This document shows positions 51,667-64,000 of a stretch of 64,000 nucleotides of DNA, piece by piece. The stretch is from Lingula anatina (lineage: Eukaryota > Animalia > Brachiopoda): contig CM120645.1 of assembly GCA_051362555.1 (NCBI GenBank), positions 1,674,001-1,738,000 on the forward strand, written 5' to 3'. Position 1 is the first letter of the stretch; each line of letters begins with the position of its first letter. The position numbers and the translations under genes are program-made. The notes under the pieces were generated by a model that made no database searches, had not been told where the DNA came from, and worked only from the letters and a program-made list of their open reading frames with translations.

Positions 51667-52521
51667 ACTGTTGTTCGGAAATAATAATTATTTTTATTAT
51701 TACTCAGGAATAATCTAAGCAAGTCAGCACGGCTGAAAGTGCTTACATATTAATTTAACAAAGTGCTACCGTATCAATAGTTACATTATGAGGCTTCCCG
51801 AAGGACGCGTTTTCCTGTAATAAGCAATTAAGCATATTTTTAAATAAATTCTTAAAAGTATTAAGTGAAGCAACATCCAAGTTCGCCGTTTATTTCTCCA
51901 TACTTGATTCACTGATTATTGTCAGAGTCTATCTTTAGTTGTATTCAGTCCTGATATTACTCAACTTTATTTTCATAATCCGATTTAACAAGGAACTTAT
52001 TCTTCTCTGTGGGCATACCTTTAATCCACTGTGATTTTGATTTCATTTTGTTTCCTAACATAAGCCATTCATGTTATCAAAATGCATTGTGGTGTAATTG
52101 GTAAAAAAATGCCCAACTTAAATGATTTTTTAAAATATGAACGAAAAACGCTTTTTAAAGGCCTGTATTACTATCTCTGTAAGTTTTGACAAAGATATCA
52201 AATATCAATCAGTTTGGAAATAGTTATAGGTATTAGGGAATTCTTGCTCGCTTATTTTCTCTTCGAATAATGCATAAATTATGGACAATGAAATATTTAT
52301 TTTTCATGTTGATATTTCATTCAACTTGATAATATATATTGTTTATCACAGTATATGTAGAGATACATGCATAATCTTCATTTCAACTTTCTGTTCTGTC
52401 ATTCGGCTTTGTCAATAAACTTACAACATTTTGGAAGAAAACTGCAGTCTTTAGCAACACAGCTAGGCTCGGGCAGATCATCCCTCCAGTTCAGTTTTTG
52501 GTATTGCCCAAATCTTTAACT

Positions 52522-52665
52522 TTAACAAGAAATAGAGACCTTGAAGGCCCCTTCGTTGCCATTATACCCGTGCACACCTATTGCATACGTCCCATTGGAT
52601 AGGCATCCCTTAAGGATCTGGAGCAGAGAGGTCCAGTCACAGCTGAAAAAGTCGTCATTCTTGTA
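52522..52665 (-). pseudogene. Partial tandem duplicate of the terminal exon 3' end (plus 3' UTR to ~52340)
   Basis: KNDD...TSLLQI..G.L..G.Y.IGV...G.F..SISC* parallels 52887-53030; the UTRs also align. Confidence 0.7.
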
Positions 52666-52886
52666 CATACTGTGATCGTGGTGGATGTTGCATGTTCTTT
52701 TTTTTTTTTTTTTTTTTTTTTTGTATATGTAGAGATACATGGATAATCTTCATTTCAATTTTCTGTATTCCATAATTGGGCTTCGTCAATAAATTTAAAT
52801 TATAGAAGAAAATTGTAGTCTTTAGAAACTCAGCTTGACTCGAGTAGATCATCCCTCCAGTTCAGTTTTTGGTATTGCTCATATCT

Positions 52887-55800
52887 TTAACAAGAGATAG
52901 ATATATTAAACAAGCCAAAGGTAGTGAGCTCCGAGTACACACCTATTACATACGCCCCAATGGGTAGGTCTCCTTGCGGGATCTGGAGCAGAGAGGTTAA
53001 GCCGGAGCAAACGGGACTGTCGTCATTCATGAGCAAAAAGTGAAACCCGGGGATGCCGCATCTCTGAAGTCCATCGGGTTTAATATAAAGCGTCGCATCA
53101 CAACCAAAAAGAATCACCACCGTGTCGAAGTTGGTGGCATTGCATGTGGATATACTGATGTTGTTACACCCCGAGTAAGTGATGCTGTATAGCAACGGTA
53201 CCAGACCGTCAGCAGCTCGATAGCGGTTGCTGAAGGTGTAGGTTGTACCGTCACACCTGACTTCTCGAACGTCCGCTGTAAGTGTAAATATAATTTTTAA
53301 ACTGGCATTTGACTTTCACATTGGCCACAATATTTTGCAATAATAATGATAATTTATGCAGCTACCACAAATATATAATTTCCGAAATTGGACTCTTAAA
53401 GTTCTTAAAAGTGAAATAACAATACGAATAATAATAAATAATAATAATAATAATTTAAAAAAAATAATGAAGTTTAATACTAGTATGTTAAAAGATTAAT
53501 GGCATAATATACAAAAAATACAGTAAGTAAAAAGTAGGGAAAGCATAAACTAAGCTGCTTACGACCCCAAACAGCATGATATTACATTGCTTTTTATGTA
53601 CAGACACACCGTGCCTGGTGTACAGGGACACATTGTGTACAGTGGAACATTTCCAGACAAAACTGGATAACTTCCTTGCTAGGATACTATATATATATAG
53701 ACCAACCCACGCTGGTGGCCAACATAAGGTGGAAAAAAATAGCAAGTAAGGAGAAAGTAAGTAAAACCCCTTTTACACTAGACGGCGTCCTTTCTGCGTC
53801 CCGTACGTAGTACGGCCCTGTTCGAGAGTAAAAAAAAACTTAACTTCCCAACAACTTGCAGATCAATGAGTATTGATTCTACAACCACGGCGATGCCAGT
53901 TTCATGGTCGCACAAAGGACGCAGAAAGGACGCCGTCTAGTGTAAAGGGGGTGTAAGTAAGAAAGTAAACATTATATGATATTGTATCAAAGTCGAAGAA
54001 AACCATGTTTTGGGCACCGATGCTTCAATGTCCAACAAAGGAAAACTTTGTTACTTATGATTCTCAAACATACAGAAAAGTTTCATAGAACTGAAGTACA
54101 GCTTGAGTACGTTGGAAAACCATATATTTATAATTTCATTATATTTCTGGAAGAAATGCATTTTTTTTTTTTTTTTTTTGCAAAAATGTTGGACTTTGAA
54201 CTCCCACTGGCATGAAGCCTTATGGTAGTTATATATTCTTAGTGTCCACGTTAGGCCACACTTTTTTAATTTTATGGATGACATCCTGCGCGCGCACGGA
54301 TTTTCGCCCGTTCTCCAAAAAAAAAAAAAAAAAGCCCCCCCCCCAGCCCCCAACGAAGTCGGTTGTCGCAAACGTCGTTATTGAATTTGCAAGGAAAGAG
54401 CTTTCTGCGCATGCGTATTTTTGCCACGTGGAAATGCGGCCACTTTGCTGTCAAATTCATCTCTAGGATTACTTTCAAATTACACAACAACAGAAGTCAT
54501 AAAGAGAACGGGCGCCATCGTTTTGGATTGGTATGCCATTGATATTGGGCATGGAGATATAACCTTTTTACAATTGTGCGAAAGGCTGGCGGCGGCCGAA
54601 ACATTTCTGTGACATTCTGTACAAAGCAGCACATTAATACCAGGTTTTCTGTACATAGCGAAAAAAGGGTCGACAAAGGCGTCGAGGTATTTGGTGGGCT
54701 GAAGGTCGGACAGGCCACCTGACAGTTTAGCTGCTTCGTGTGAGTTGAAGTTGACAAAATGTCGTCGTCCGAAATGACTTTTAATAGATTTGGTAGTATT
54801 AAGCATATCTTTGCATCATTTTTTAAACAGTTCTGTGAAGTGTTCAAAATGCTTTAAAATTCTGAGAATACAAATAAAGACATACTGTTTGATTGATATT
54901 TGTTTTATTGATTGTTGTACCAAATGAATGCATGAAATAACCTTAAATAGATTTGGTAATATGAAGTATATCAATTCATGACTTTTTTTTACATTTCTAC
55001 GAAGTATTCACAATGCTTTAATATTTTGAGAGCATGGATAAAGACATATTGTTAGTTTGATACGTGTTTCTGTGGTTAAATTTGTGTTTCCAGCTGTGTA
55101 CTGACAGCATTCCTTTACTTAAGCAGTTTTTTTTTTTTTTGGACTGTTTTTTTTTTTCGCCCTCTCGCACCGATTTTGGGGTACCCAGAGGATGTCATCC
55201 ATAAAAATAAAAAAGTGTGGCCTTAGATAAATTAAAAATTGGTGGTGACTATGCTTTGTTGTCAAGCATAATGTATTATTGCATCAAAACTGTCAAAAAT
55301 TTTTTTTGCATTATTGTATGTTCATTTGATAGTTTTGCTGCTTTATTGACTTCCCTTTCTACACACTGAGGTAAAAAAATAGATGCCATACTTACGACAA
55401 TTTATAGCTGAAAAAATTGATAAGAAGAAATATAGTAGATAAGTACATTAATGATATACTGTATATACACATACTGGACAATAGGAGTGTCACCCCTACT
55501 GAACCAATACTTTGGGGGAGATAAATGACTGTGCAATGATGTGCTCCTGGTATCATTTTATTAACATCAAATTTCACAAAAAGACCAACAAAACAATTCC
55601 ATGGTACAGCAGTTTTATACTCATTTAGTCGCATTATATGTAGATCAGGCATTATAACTTTGATTACTCTGTTTCAGGGGGTGACACTTCTATTGTCCAG
55701 TGTGGGTACAAGTAATCAATATATTTTACAACTTCTGCCACCACTTCTGACGATAAATTTATGTTAAGATACATACCAACAATTTTTTGTTCACTGCGTT

Positions 55801-58800
55801 TTTTAATGATCCTATAACGTGAATCGTAAGGTAATATTCATTACCACAATTATTTTCAATTTTAAAAGACATATCTTACATGCAATTAGCTTGTAGTGCT
55901 TTTTTTGCACACTGGTATGTGGGCTATAGAAAATGCACTGTGCCTGAGATTATATATAAGACATCTGAGACCTTAACTAATTTAAAAATCAGTTAAACGA
56001 GGCAGCATGTAGTCTAAATACATTTTAAGAAAAAACAAAAAATAAACACACATACAAGTTTGTCTACACTGAGGAAAAATTAGTATTAAATAATTTTGTG
56101 TTAAATGTGATATCATACTTACGACATTGTAGGTCAGTATCAGCTGAAAACGTGAAAAGATGTATGTGCAAAAGTACACGAAAATATTCACACAATCATG
56201 TGCATATTCTGCCAAAGATGTTTATATATTTTATATGTTGGTATAGATATGAATAATGAACTGTATTCTTTTGACAGTAAAATATATAACTCTGTAGACT
56301 ACTGAGTATTTCTATACAGCAAATAAAATTTCCCGCTCCACTGCTTTTTTGTCGAACCCATTAGACGAACGATGATAAAAACCAACTAGTTTTACCAATT
56401 ATTTTCTATTTCTGGCTATAGAAAGATAGCAGTAGAGAGGACATGTTTGCAAATCAAATGTATATTTGATGTAATACTTACGACATGTCGGCATTTCTAG
56501 AGGAAAAAGAAAGGCAATATTAAATACAATGGAGTACCACTTGAATATATAATCATTCAAACAATTATCATTTAAACATTGACATTTTCGTCATTTCAAC
56601 TCCGGCGACAAATGTATGCTATCCTTTAAAAATAGAGTTAAGGTGATTCGATCAATGAAGCCATATAATAAAAGACAAAATAGTGGAATTTAATGCTGAA
56701 TTACCTAAAGAAAAAGGTTTTCACGGAACCCAACTTTAACACAGATGTTCATAGATAACTATGTGAGGGAGTGGAGCAGTTAAATACGATTGGGCCACAC
56801 TTTTTTATTTTTATGGATGACATCCTCTGGGTACCCCAAAATCGGTGCGAGAGGGCGAAAAAAAAAAAAACAGTCCAAAAAAAAAAAAAAAACTGCTTAA
56901 GTAAAGGAATGCTGTCAGTACACAGCTGGAAACACAAATTTAACCACATAAACACGTATCAAACTAACAATATGTCTTTATCCATGCTCTCAAAATATTA
57001 AAGCATTGTGAATACTTCGTAGAAATGTAAAAAAAAAGTCATGAATTGATATACTTCATATTACCAAATCTATTTAAGGTTATTTCATGCATTCATTTGG
57101 TACAACAATCAATAAAACAAATATCAATCAAACAGTATGTCTTTATTTGTATTCTCAGAATTTTAAAGCATTTTGAACACTTCACAGAACTGTTTAAAAA
57201 ATGATGCAAAGATATGCTTAATACTACCAAATCTATTAAAAGTCATTTCGGACGACGACATTTTGTCAACTTCAACTCACACGAAGCAGCTAAACTGTCA
57301 GGTGGCCTGTCCGACCTTCAGCCCACCAAATACCTCGACGCCTTTGTCGACCCTTTTTTCGCTATGTACAGAAAACCTGGTATTAATGTGCTGCTTTGTA
57401 CAGAATGTCACAGAAATGTTTCGGCCGCCGCCAGCCTTTCGCACAATTGTAAAAAGGTTATATCTCCATGCCCAATATCAATGGCATACCAATCCAAAAC
57501 GATGGCGCCCGTTCTCTTTATGACTTCTGTTGTTGTGTAATTTGAAAGTAATCCTAGAGATGAATTTGACAGCAAAGTGGCCGCATTTCCACGTGGCAAA
57601 AATACGCATGCGCAGAAAGCTCTTTCCTTGCAAATTCAATAACGACGTTTGCGACAACCGACTTCGTTGGGGGCTGGGGGGGGGCTTTTTTTTTTTTTTT
57701 TTGGAGAACGGGCGAAAATCCGTGCGCGCGCAGGATGTCATCCATAAAATTAAAAAAGTGTGGCCTTGGGTTTATTAACTCCCTCGATTATGTTGAAATC
57801 AGAACAAAACAAAAAGGAGTCCATAAGGTTTCCTTCAAATGGTAACACAATTTGAAAAGAAAAGTATAAAGACTAAGTTTCCTTCTAACTTTAGAACTAA
57901 TATCTCAACCTCAAACCCCCTCCCCCTTTCGTAATGGTACAAATACACAATGCAGTACTGCACCAATGCAATAAAGCCTATAACTACCAGTTCTCACCTG
58001 GAACGCAATTTTGTGGATCTGGATCAGAAGAGTTGAACATGTATCCCTCTTCACAAACACAGACCCGAGGTTCTGGACAAGGTAAACTTTGACCTTCTTC
58101 ATTGGTAGTATTCTGACAGTTTGACACTGTATTGTTATCCACTATCTCACAACATCTGGTATTATTACCACACACAACTGGGGGCCTCACTTCAATATAT
58201 GAAACAAAAGACAAAACTCATGAATAATTTTAGAACATTATTTTAGAACTCATTAATTTTAGGACATTGTGGCAAATTCATGCTTATATGTACTTATACT
58301 TCTAACATGGGATACAGTGTGCCATAAAGAGTAATGCCAAATTCCACCCACTGCGTTGTGTGATGACTGGTATACAACACTTGTTTTCCAACCAGTGTAA
58401 ATTACAATGCTACATGTCACTTGTACTTATATACAAACCATGATTAAAAAATATTATTTTCTATATATTGTTATAAGATCTAAAGTTTAATAGTGAAGTC
58501 ATATGTACAATATACACATGTGTACAGGTTTAAGTGCGATAGTATTAAAATCATGAACAAAATCACTGAGAGTGTCTTACTCTTCCGTGAAAAGGAAAAA
58601 AAGCAGAAGTTTAACCAACAATGGGAGTTCTCACCTGGAACGCAATTTTGTGGATCTGGATCAGAAGAGTTGAACATGAATCCCTCACCACAAACACAGA
58701 CCCGAGGTTCTGGACAAGGTAAACTTTGACCTTCTTCATTGGTAGTATTCTGACAGTTTGACACTGAACTGTTATTCACTACCTCACAGCATCTGGTATT

Positions 58801-61800
58801 ATTACCACACACAACTGGGGGCCTCACTTCAATTAATGAAACAGAAGTCAAGACTCGTGAACACAGGGAAATGAATTTAGAACGTTATTTTAGAACTCAT
58901 TAAATTTAGAACACTGTGGCAAATTTATTGTGTTCGTGGGTTTATACTTCTAACATGAGATACAGAGTATCATACGCAGCATTCCCTGCACAAAATACAT
59001 ACAAAATTCAACTAGAATTGAAAGATTTAAAAACAACAACACTGAGCCCCTGACGAGGGTATTAAAATTACAACCGTAAAATCACAAAGAATTCCTTACT
59101 CTAAGTTGAATTGATAAAAACAAACATAACATCAAATGGGTTTTTTATGTCGAGTTATAATTTATTCAAGGACCAATGTTTAAAAAGAAAAGTATGAAGT
59201 ACTAACTTTTCATCAAACTTCAGAACCAATATGTCGACTTCAACCCCCCCCCCTTTTTCTTAATGGTGGTAATGGTACCGCACCCACGCAATAAAATCTA
59301 TAACTGCCAGTTCTCACCTGGAACGCAATTTTGTGGATCTGGATCAGAAGAGTTGAACATGTATCCCTCTTCACACACACAGACCAGAGGTTCTGGACAA
59401 GGTAAACTTTGGCCTTCTTCATTGGTAGTATTCTGGCAGTTTGACAGCGTACTGTTATCCACTATCTCACAGCATCTGGTATTATTACCACACAAAACTG
59501 GGGGCCTCACTTCAATTTATGAAACAAAAGACAAAACTTGTCAACACAGGGAAATGAATTTATATAGATTTCATTTTGAAACATTATGTCATGATCATTG
59601 CATTTCTGTGTGTGTCCTTCTAAGACGAGGTACAGTGTGCCATATAAAACATTGCTAAATTTCACCCTCTTTGACAAGGATGTCATCCGACATTTTCCAA
59701 CCAGTGTAAATTACAAAGCTACATGTCACCCTTACGTAAACCATGATTAAAATTTTTATTTCGACATTCTGTTATAAAATCTAAAGATTAATAATGAAAT
59801 CATCTGTACAACATATACATGTTTTCAAGTTTAAATAGGGTAGTATCGAACCAACAAAAACAAATCATTGAGAGTGCCTTACTCTTCCTTGAAAAGGTAA
59901 AAAAAAAACACAGGACTTTAGCCAACAATGGGAGTTCTCACCTGGAACGCAATTTTGTGGATCTAGATCAGAAGAGTTGAACATGTATCCCTCTTCACAC
60001 ACACAGACCCGAGGTTCTGGACAAGGTAAACTTTGGCCTTCTTCATTGGTAGTATTCTGGCAGTTTGACACTGTACTGTTATCCACTATCTCACAGCATC
60101 TGGTATTATTACCACACAAAACTGGGGGCCTCACTTCAATTTATGAAACAAAAGACAAAACTTGTCAACACAGGGAAATGAATTTATATAGATTTCATTT
60201 TGAAACATTATGTCATGATCATTGCATTTCTGTGTGTGTCCTTCTAAGACGAGGTACAGTGTGCCATATAAAACATTGCTAAATTTCACCCTCTTTGACA
60301 AGGATGTCATCCGACATTTTCCAACCAGTGTAAATTACAAAGCTACATGTCACCCTTACGTAAACCATGATTAAAATTTTTATTTCGACATTCTGTTATA
60401 AGATCTAAAGATTAATAATGAAATCATCTGCACAACATATACATGTTTTCAAGTTTAAATAGGGTAGTATCGAACCAACAAAAACAAATCATTGAGAGTG
60501 CCTTACTCTTCCTTGAAAAGGTAAAAAAAAACACAGGACTTTAGCCAACAATGGGAGTTCTCACCTGGAACGCAATTTTGTGGATCTAGATCAGAAGAGT
60601 TGAACATGTATCCCTCTTCACACACACAGACCCGAGGTTCTGGACAAGGTAAACTTTGGCCTTCTTCATTGGTAGTATTCTGGCAGTTTGACACTGTACT
60701 GTTATCCACTATCTCACAGCATCTGGTATTATTACCACACATAACTGGGGGCCTCACTTCAATTTATGAAACAGAAGTCAAAACTTGTCAACACAAGGAA
60801 ATGAATTTAGAACATTATTTTAGAACTCATTAAATTTAGAACACTGTGGCAAATTTATTGAGTTCATTTGTTTATACTTCTAACATGAGATACAGTGTAC
60901 CATACACAGCATTCCCTGCACAAAATACATGCAAAATTCAAAAAGAATAGAAAGATTTTAAAATAACAACACTGAGCCCCTGACGAGTGTATTAAAATCA
61001 CAACCTTAAAATCATAAAGAATTCCTTACGCTTAGTTGAATTGATAAAAACAAACATAACATCAAATGGGTTTTTAAGAACAGTTTTTATGTCGAGTTAT
61101 AATTTATTCAAGGACCAATATTTGAGAAGAAAAGTATGAAGTAAAAACATTCCATCGAACTTCAGAACCAATATGTCGACTTCAACCCCCCCCCCCCTCT
61201 TTCCTAATGGTGGTAATGGTACTGCACCCATGCAATAAAGTTTAACTGCCAGTTCTTACCTGGAACGCAATTTTGTGGATCTGGATCAGAAGAGTTGAAC
61301 ATGTATCCCTCTTCACACACACAGACCCGAGGTTCTGGACAAGGTAAACTTTGACCTTCTTCATTGGTAGTATTCTGGCAGTTTGACACTGAACTGTTAT
61401 TCACTACCTCACAGCATCTGGTATTATTACCACACACAACTGGGGGCCTCACTTCAATTTATGAAACAGAAGATGAAACTTATTAACAAAGGGAAATTAT
61501 TTTATGAATTCTTTTATTTAAGAATATTGCGCAAGTCCATTGTGTATCTGGGTTTGCATGTACTTCAAACATGACATACAGTGTGCCATACAAAACATTG
61601 CCAAATTCCAACCACTGCGGCAAGTGACAACTGGTATACGACACCCATTTTCCAACCAGGGTAAATTACAATGCCACATGTCACTTATTTACCAACCATG
61701 ATTAAGAATATTATTTCTACAAATTATGCTAGAAGATATGAAGTTTAATATTGAAGTCATCTGCACAAAATATACATGTTTACAAGTTTAAATAGGGTAG

Positions 61801-64000
61801 TATCGAAACCACAAACACAAATCATAAAGAATGCCTTATTCTTCCATGAAAGGTAAAAACATGCAGTCCTTTAACCAACAATGAGGGTTCTCACCTGGAA
61901 TGCAATTTTGTGGATCTGGATCAGAAGAGTTGAACATGTATCCCTCTTCACACACACAGACCAGAGGTTCTGGACAAGGTAAACTTTGACCTTCTTCATT
62001 GGTAGTATTCTGGCAGTTTGGCACTGTACTGTTATCCACTATCTCACAGCATCTGGTATTATTACCACACACAACTAAGGGCCTCACTTCAATTTATGAA
62101 ACAGAAGTCAAAACTTGTCAACACAAGGAAATGAATTTAGAACATTATTTTAGAACTCATTAAATTTAGAACACTGTGGCAAATTTATTGAGTTCATTTG
62201 TTTATACTTCTAACATGAGATACAGTGTACCATATACAGCATTCCCTGCACAAAATACATACAAAATTCAAAAAGAATAGAAAGATTTTAAAATAACAAC
62301 ACTGAGCCCCTGACGAGTGTATTAAAATCACAACCTTAAAATCATAAATAATTCCTTACGCTTAGTTGAATTGATAAAAACAAACATAACATCAAATGGG
62401 TTTTTAAGCACAGTTTTTATGTCGAGTTATAATTTATTCAAGGACCAATATTTGAGAAGAAAAGTATGAAGTAAAAACTTTCCATTGAACCTCAGAACCA
62501 ATATGTCGACTTCAACCCCCCCCCCCCTCTTTCCTAATGGTGGTAATGGTACTGCACCCATGCAATAAAGTTTAACTGCCAGTTCTTACCTGGAACGCAA
62601 TTTTGTGGATCTGGATCAGAAGAGTTGAACATGTATCCCTCTTCACACACACAGACCCGAGGTTCTGGACAAGGTAAACTTTGACCTTCTTCATTGGTAG
62701 TATTCTGGCAGTTTGGCACTGTATTGTTATCAACTACCTCACAGCATCTGGTATTATTACCACACACAACTGGGGGCCTCACTTCAATTTATGAAACAGA
62801 AGACGAAACTTATTAACAAAGGGAAATTATTTTATGAATTCTTTTATTTAAGAATATTGCGCAAGTCCGTTGTGTATCTGGGTTTGCATGTACTTCAAAC
62901 ATGACATACAGTGTGCCATACAAAACATTGCCAAATTCCAACCACTGCGGCAAGTGACAACTGGTATACGACACCCATTTTCCAACCAGGGTAAATTACA
63001 ATGCCACATGTCACTTATTTACCAACCATGATTAAAAATATTATTTTTACAAATTATGCTAGAAGATATGAAGTTTAATATTGAAGTCATCTGCACAAAA
63101 TATACATGTTTACAAGTTTAAATAGGGTAGTATCGAAACCACAAACACAAATCATAAAGAATGCCTTATTCTTCCTTGAAAGGTAAAAACATGCAGTCCT
63201 TTAACCAACAATGAGGGTTCTCACCTGGAATGCAATTTTGTGGATCTGGATCAGAAGAGTTGAACATGTATCCCTCTTCACACACACAGACCAGAGGTTC
63301 TGGACAAGGTAAACTTTGACCTTCTTCATTGGTAGTATTCTGACAGTTTGACACTGTATTGTTATCCACTATCTCACAGCATCTGGTATTATTACCACAC
63401 ACAACTAAGGGCCTCACTTCAATTTATGAAACAGAAGACAAAACCCGTGACTAATTTTATAGCAATATTTTCGAACCCATTAAATTTTAGAACATTGTGC
63501 CAAATTGATGTTTTTGTGTTAATGTTTCTCACATGAGATGCAGTGTACCGTACACAGCAATGCCAAATTCCACCCACTGCGACTTGTGACGACTGGTATA
63601 AAACACCTGTTTTCCAACCAGTCAAGTACTACATGTCACGTGTACGCAAACCATATATAATTACAAATATTATTCTATTTTCTTATTAGTTAAAAAGTTT
63701 TAAAAATTAGTCACCTGCATGAATTAAAAGAGTAAAAAAGAACACAGACCCCCTGACGACAGCATTTTGAAATCATTTAAACAAAATCTTAAAAGTGTTC
63801 TTTGCTCTTCCAGGATTCAAGCACATAACTTTTTATCAAACTTCAGAACCAGTAAAATGTATCTCGGCTTCAACCCCTTCTGTTTCCCCTTGTTACTTAT
63901 ACTAATTACCGTACCGCTGCAATAAAGTCTATAAGTACCATTTCTCACCTGGAACGCAACTTTTGGAACCTGGATCAGAGATGTTCAACCTGTATCCCTC
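52887..64000 (-). CDS. 3' part of a probably extracellular Cys-rich repeat protein: >=10 TIL-like repeats, Cys-Pro microexon linker, C-terminal PPC-like domain
   Basis: 192-nt phase-1 exons at 63949-(64000), 63225-63416, 62590-62781, 61895-62086, 61260-61451, 60565-60756, 59942-60133, 59318-59509, 58635-58826 and 57998-58189; microexons 56482-56496, 56123-56143 and 55396-55407; terminal exon 53275-52887. All join in frame. The 5' end lies outside the window. Confidence 0.8.
53765..53953. mobile_element. Harbinger-like MITE
   Basis: ~36-bp TIR (ACCCC.TTTACACTAGACGGCGTCCTTTCTGCGTCC), TAA TSD. Confidence 0.85.
54254..55222 (+). mobile_element. Non-autonomous DNA transposon (GG termini, 3-bp TSD; Zator/Harbinger-like), copy 1
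   Basis: 34-bp TIR GGCCACACTTTTTTA.TTTTATGGATGACATCCT; TTA TSD. Confidence 0.9.
55468..55706. mobile_element. Small TA-flanked MITE
   Basis: actggacaataggagtgtcacccct / aggggtgacacttctattgtccagt inverted ends. Confidence 0.6.
56793..57765 (-). mobile_element. Same non-autonomous transposon, copy 2 (inverted)
   Basis: Reverse complement of 54254-55222; own TSD TTG (56790-92, 57766-68). Confidence 0.9.
57800..64000. repeat. Tandem exon-intron array, ~620-700-bp units with a 1330-bp higher-order dimer
   Basis: Exon offsets 60565->61895->63225 and 61260->62590 are exactly 1330 bp; the introns are also near-identical. Confidence 0.92.

Noticed and set aside
54254-57765. A single 3.5-kb foldback/composite transposon
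   Set aside because: Outer flanks differ (TTA versus TTG) while each copy has its own TSD, and the spacer holds host microexons.
54272-57778. Mirror-image ORFs of 108 and 116 aa as genes
   Set aside because: They lie inside the duplicated non-autonomous transposon and have no recognisable transposase motif.

Overview
AT-rich eukaryotic (intron-containing, invertebrate-like) genomic DNA; no prokaryotic operons, CRISPR arrays, rRNA or tRNA were recognised. The left ~35 kb is mostly intronic or intergenic sequence with many non-autonomous DNA transposons and a 5'-truncated LINE. It ends in the acidic first coding exon of an unidentified minus-strand gene that is head-to-head with a LENG9-like gene (MJ1316/DUF504 + 2H phosphoesterase). 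Next come a Pro/Gly/Gln/Tyr-rich low-complexity gene and two tandem RhoA-like genes. Both Rho genes have a small first coding exon that the ORF track misses, encoding an N-terminal MGLxxCL acylation-type motif, and both end in Cys-stop with no CAAX box. The second also has substitutions at the G14 and Q63 equivalents, and the two share a MEF2-site/TATA promoter layout. The right end holds the 3' part of a minus-strand gene: at least 10 tandem 192-nt Cys-rich (TIL-like) exons, three Cys-Pro microexons (15, 21 and 12 nt) and a terminal PPC-like exon. The microexons are enclosed by two near-identical ~970-bp transposon copies in inverted orientation. All gene models were built by eye from splice signals and phase; no database searches were run.
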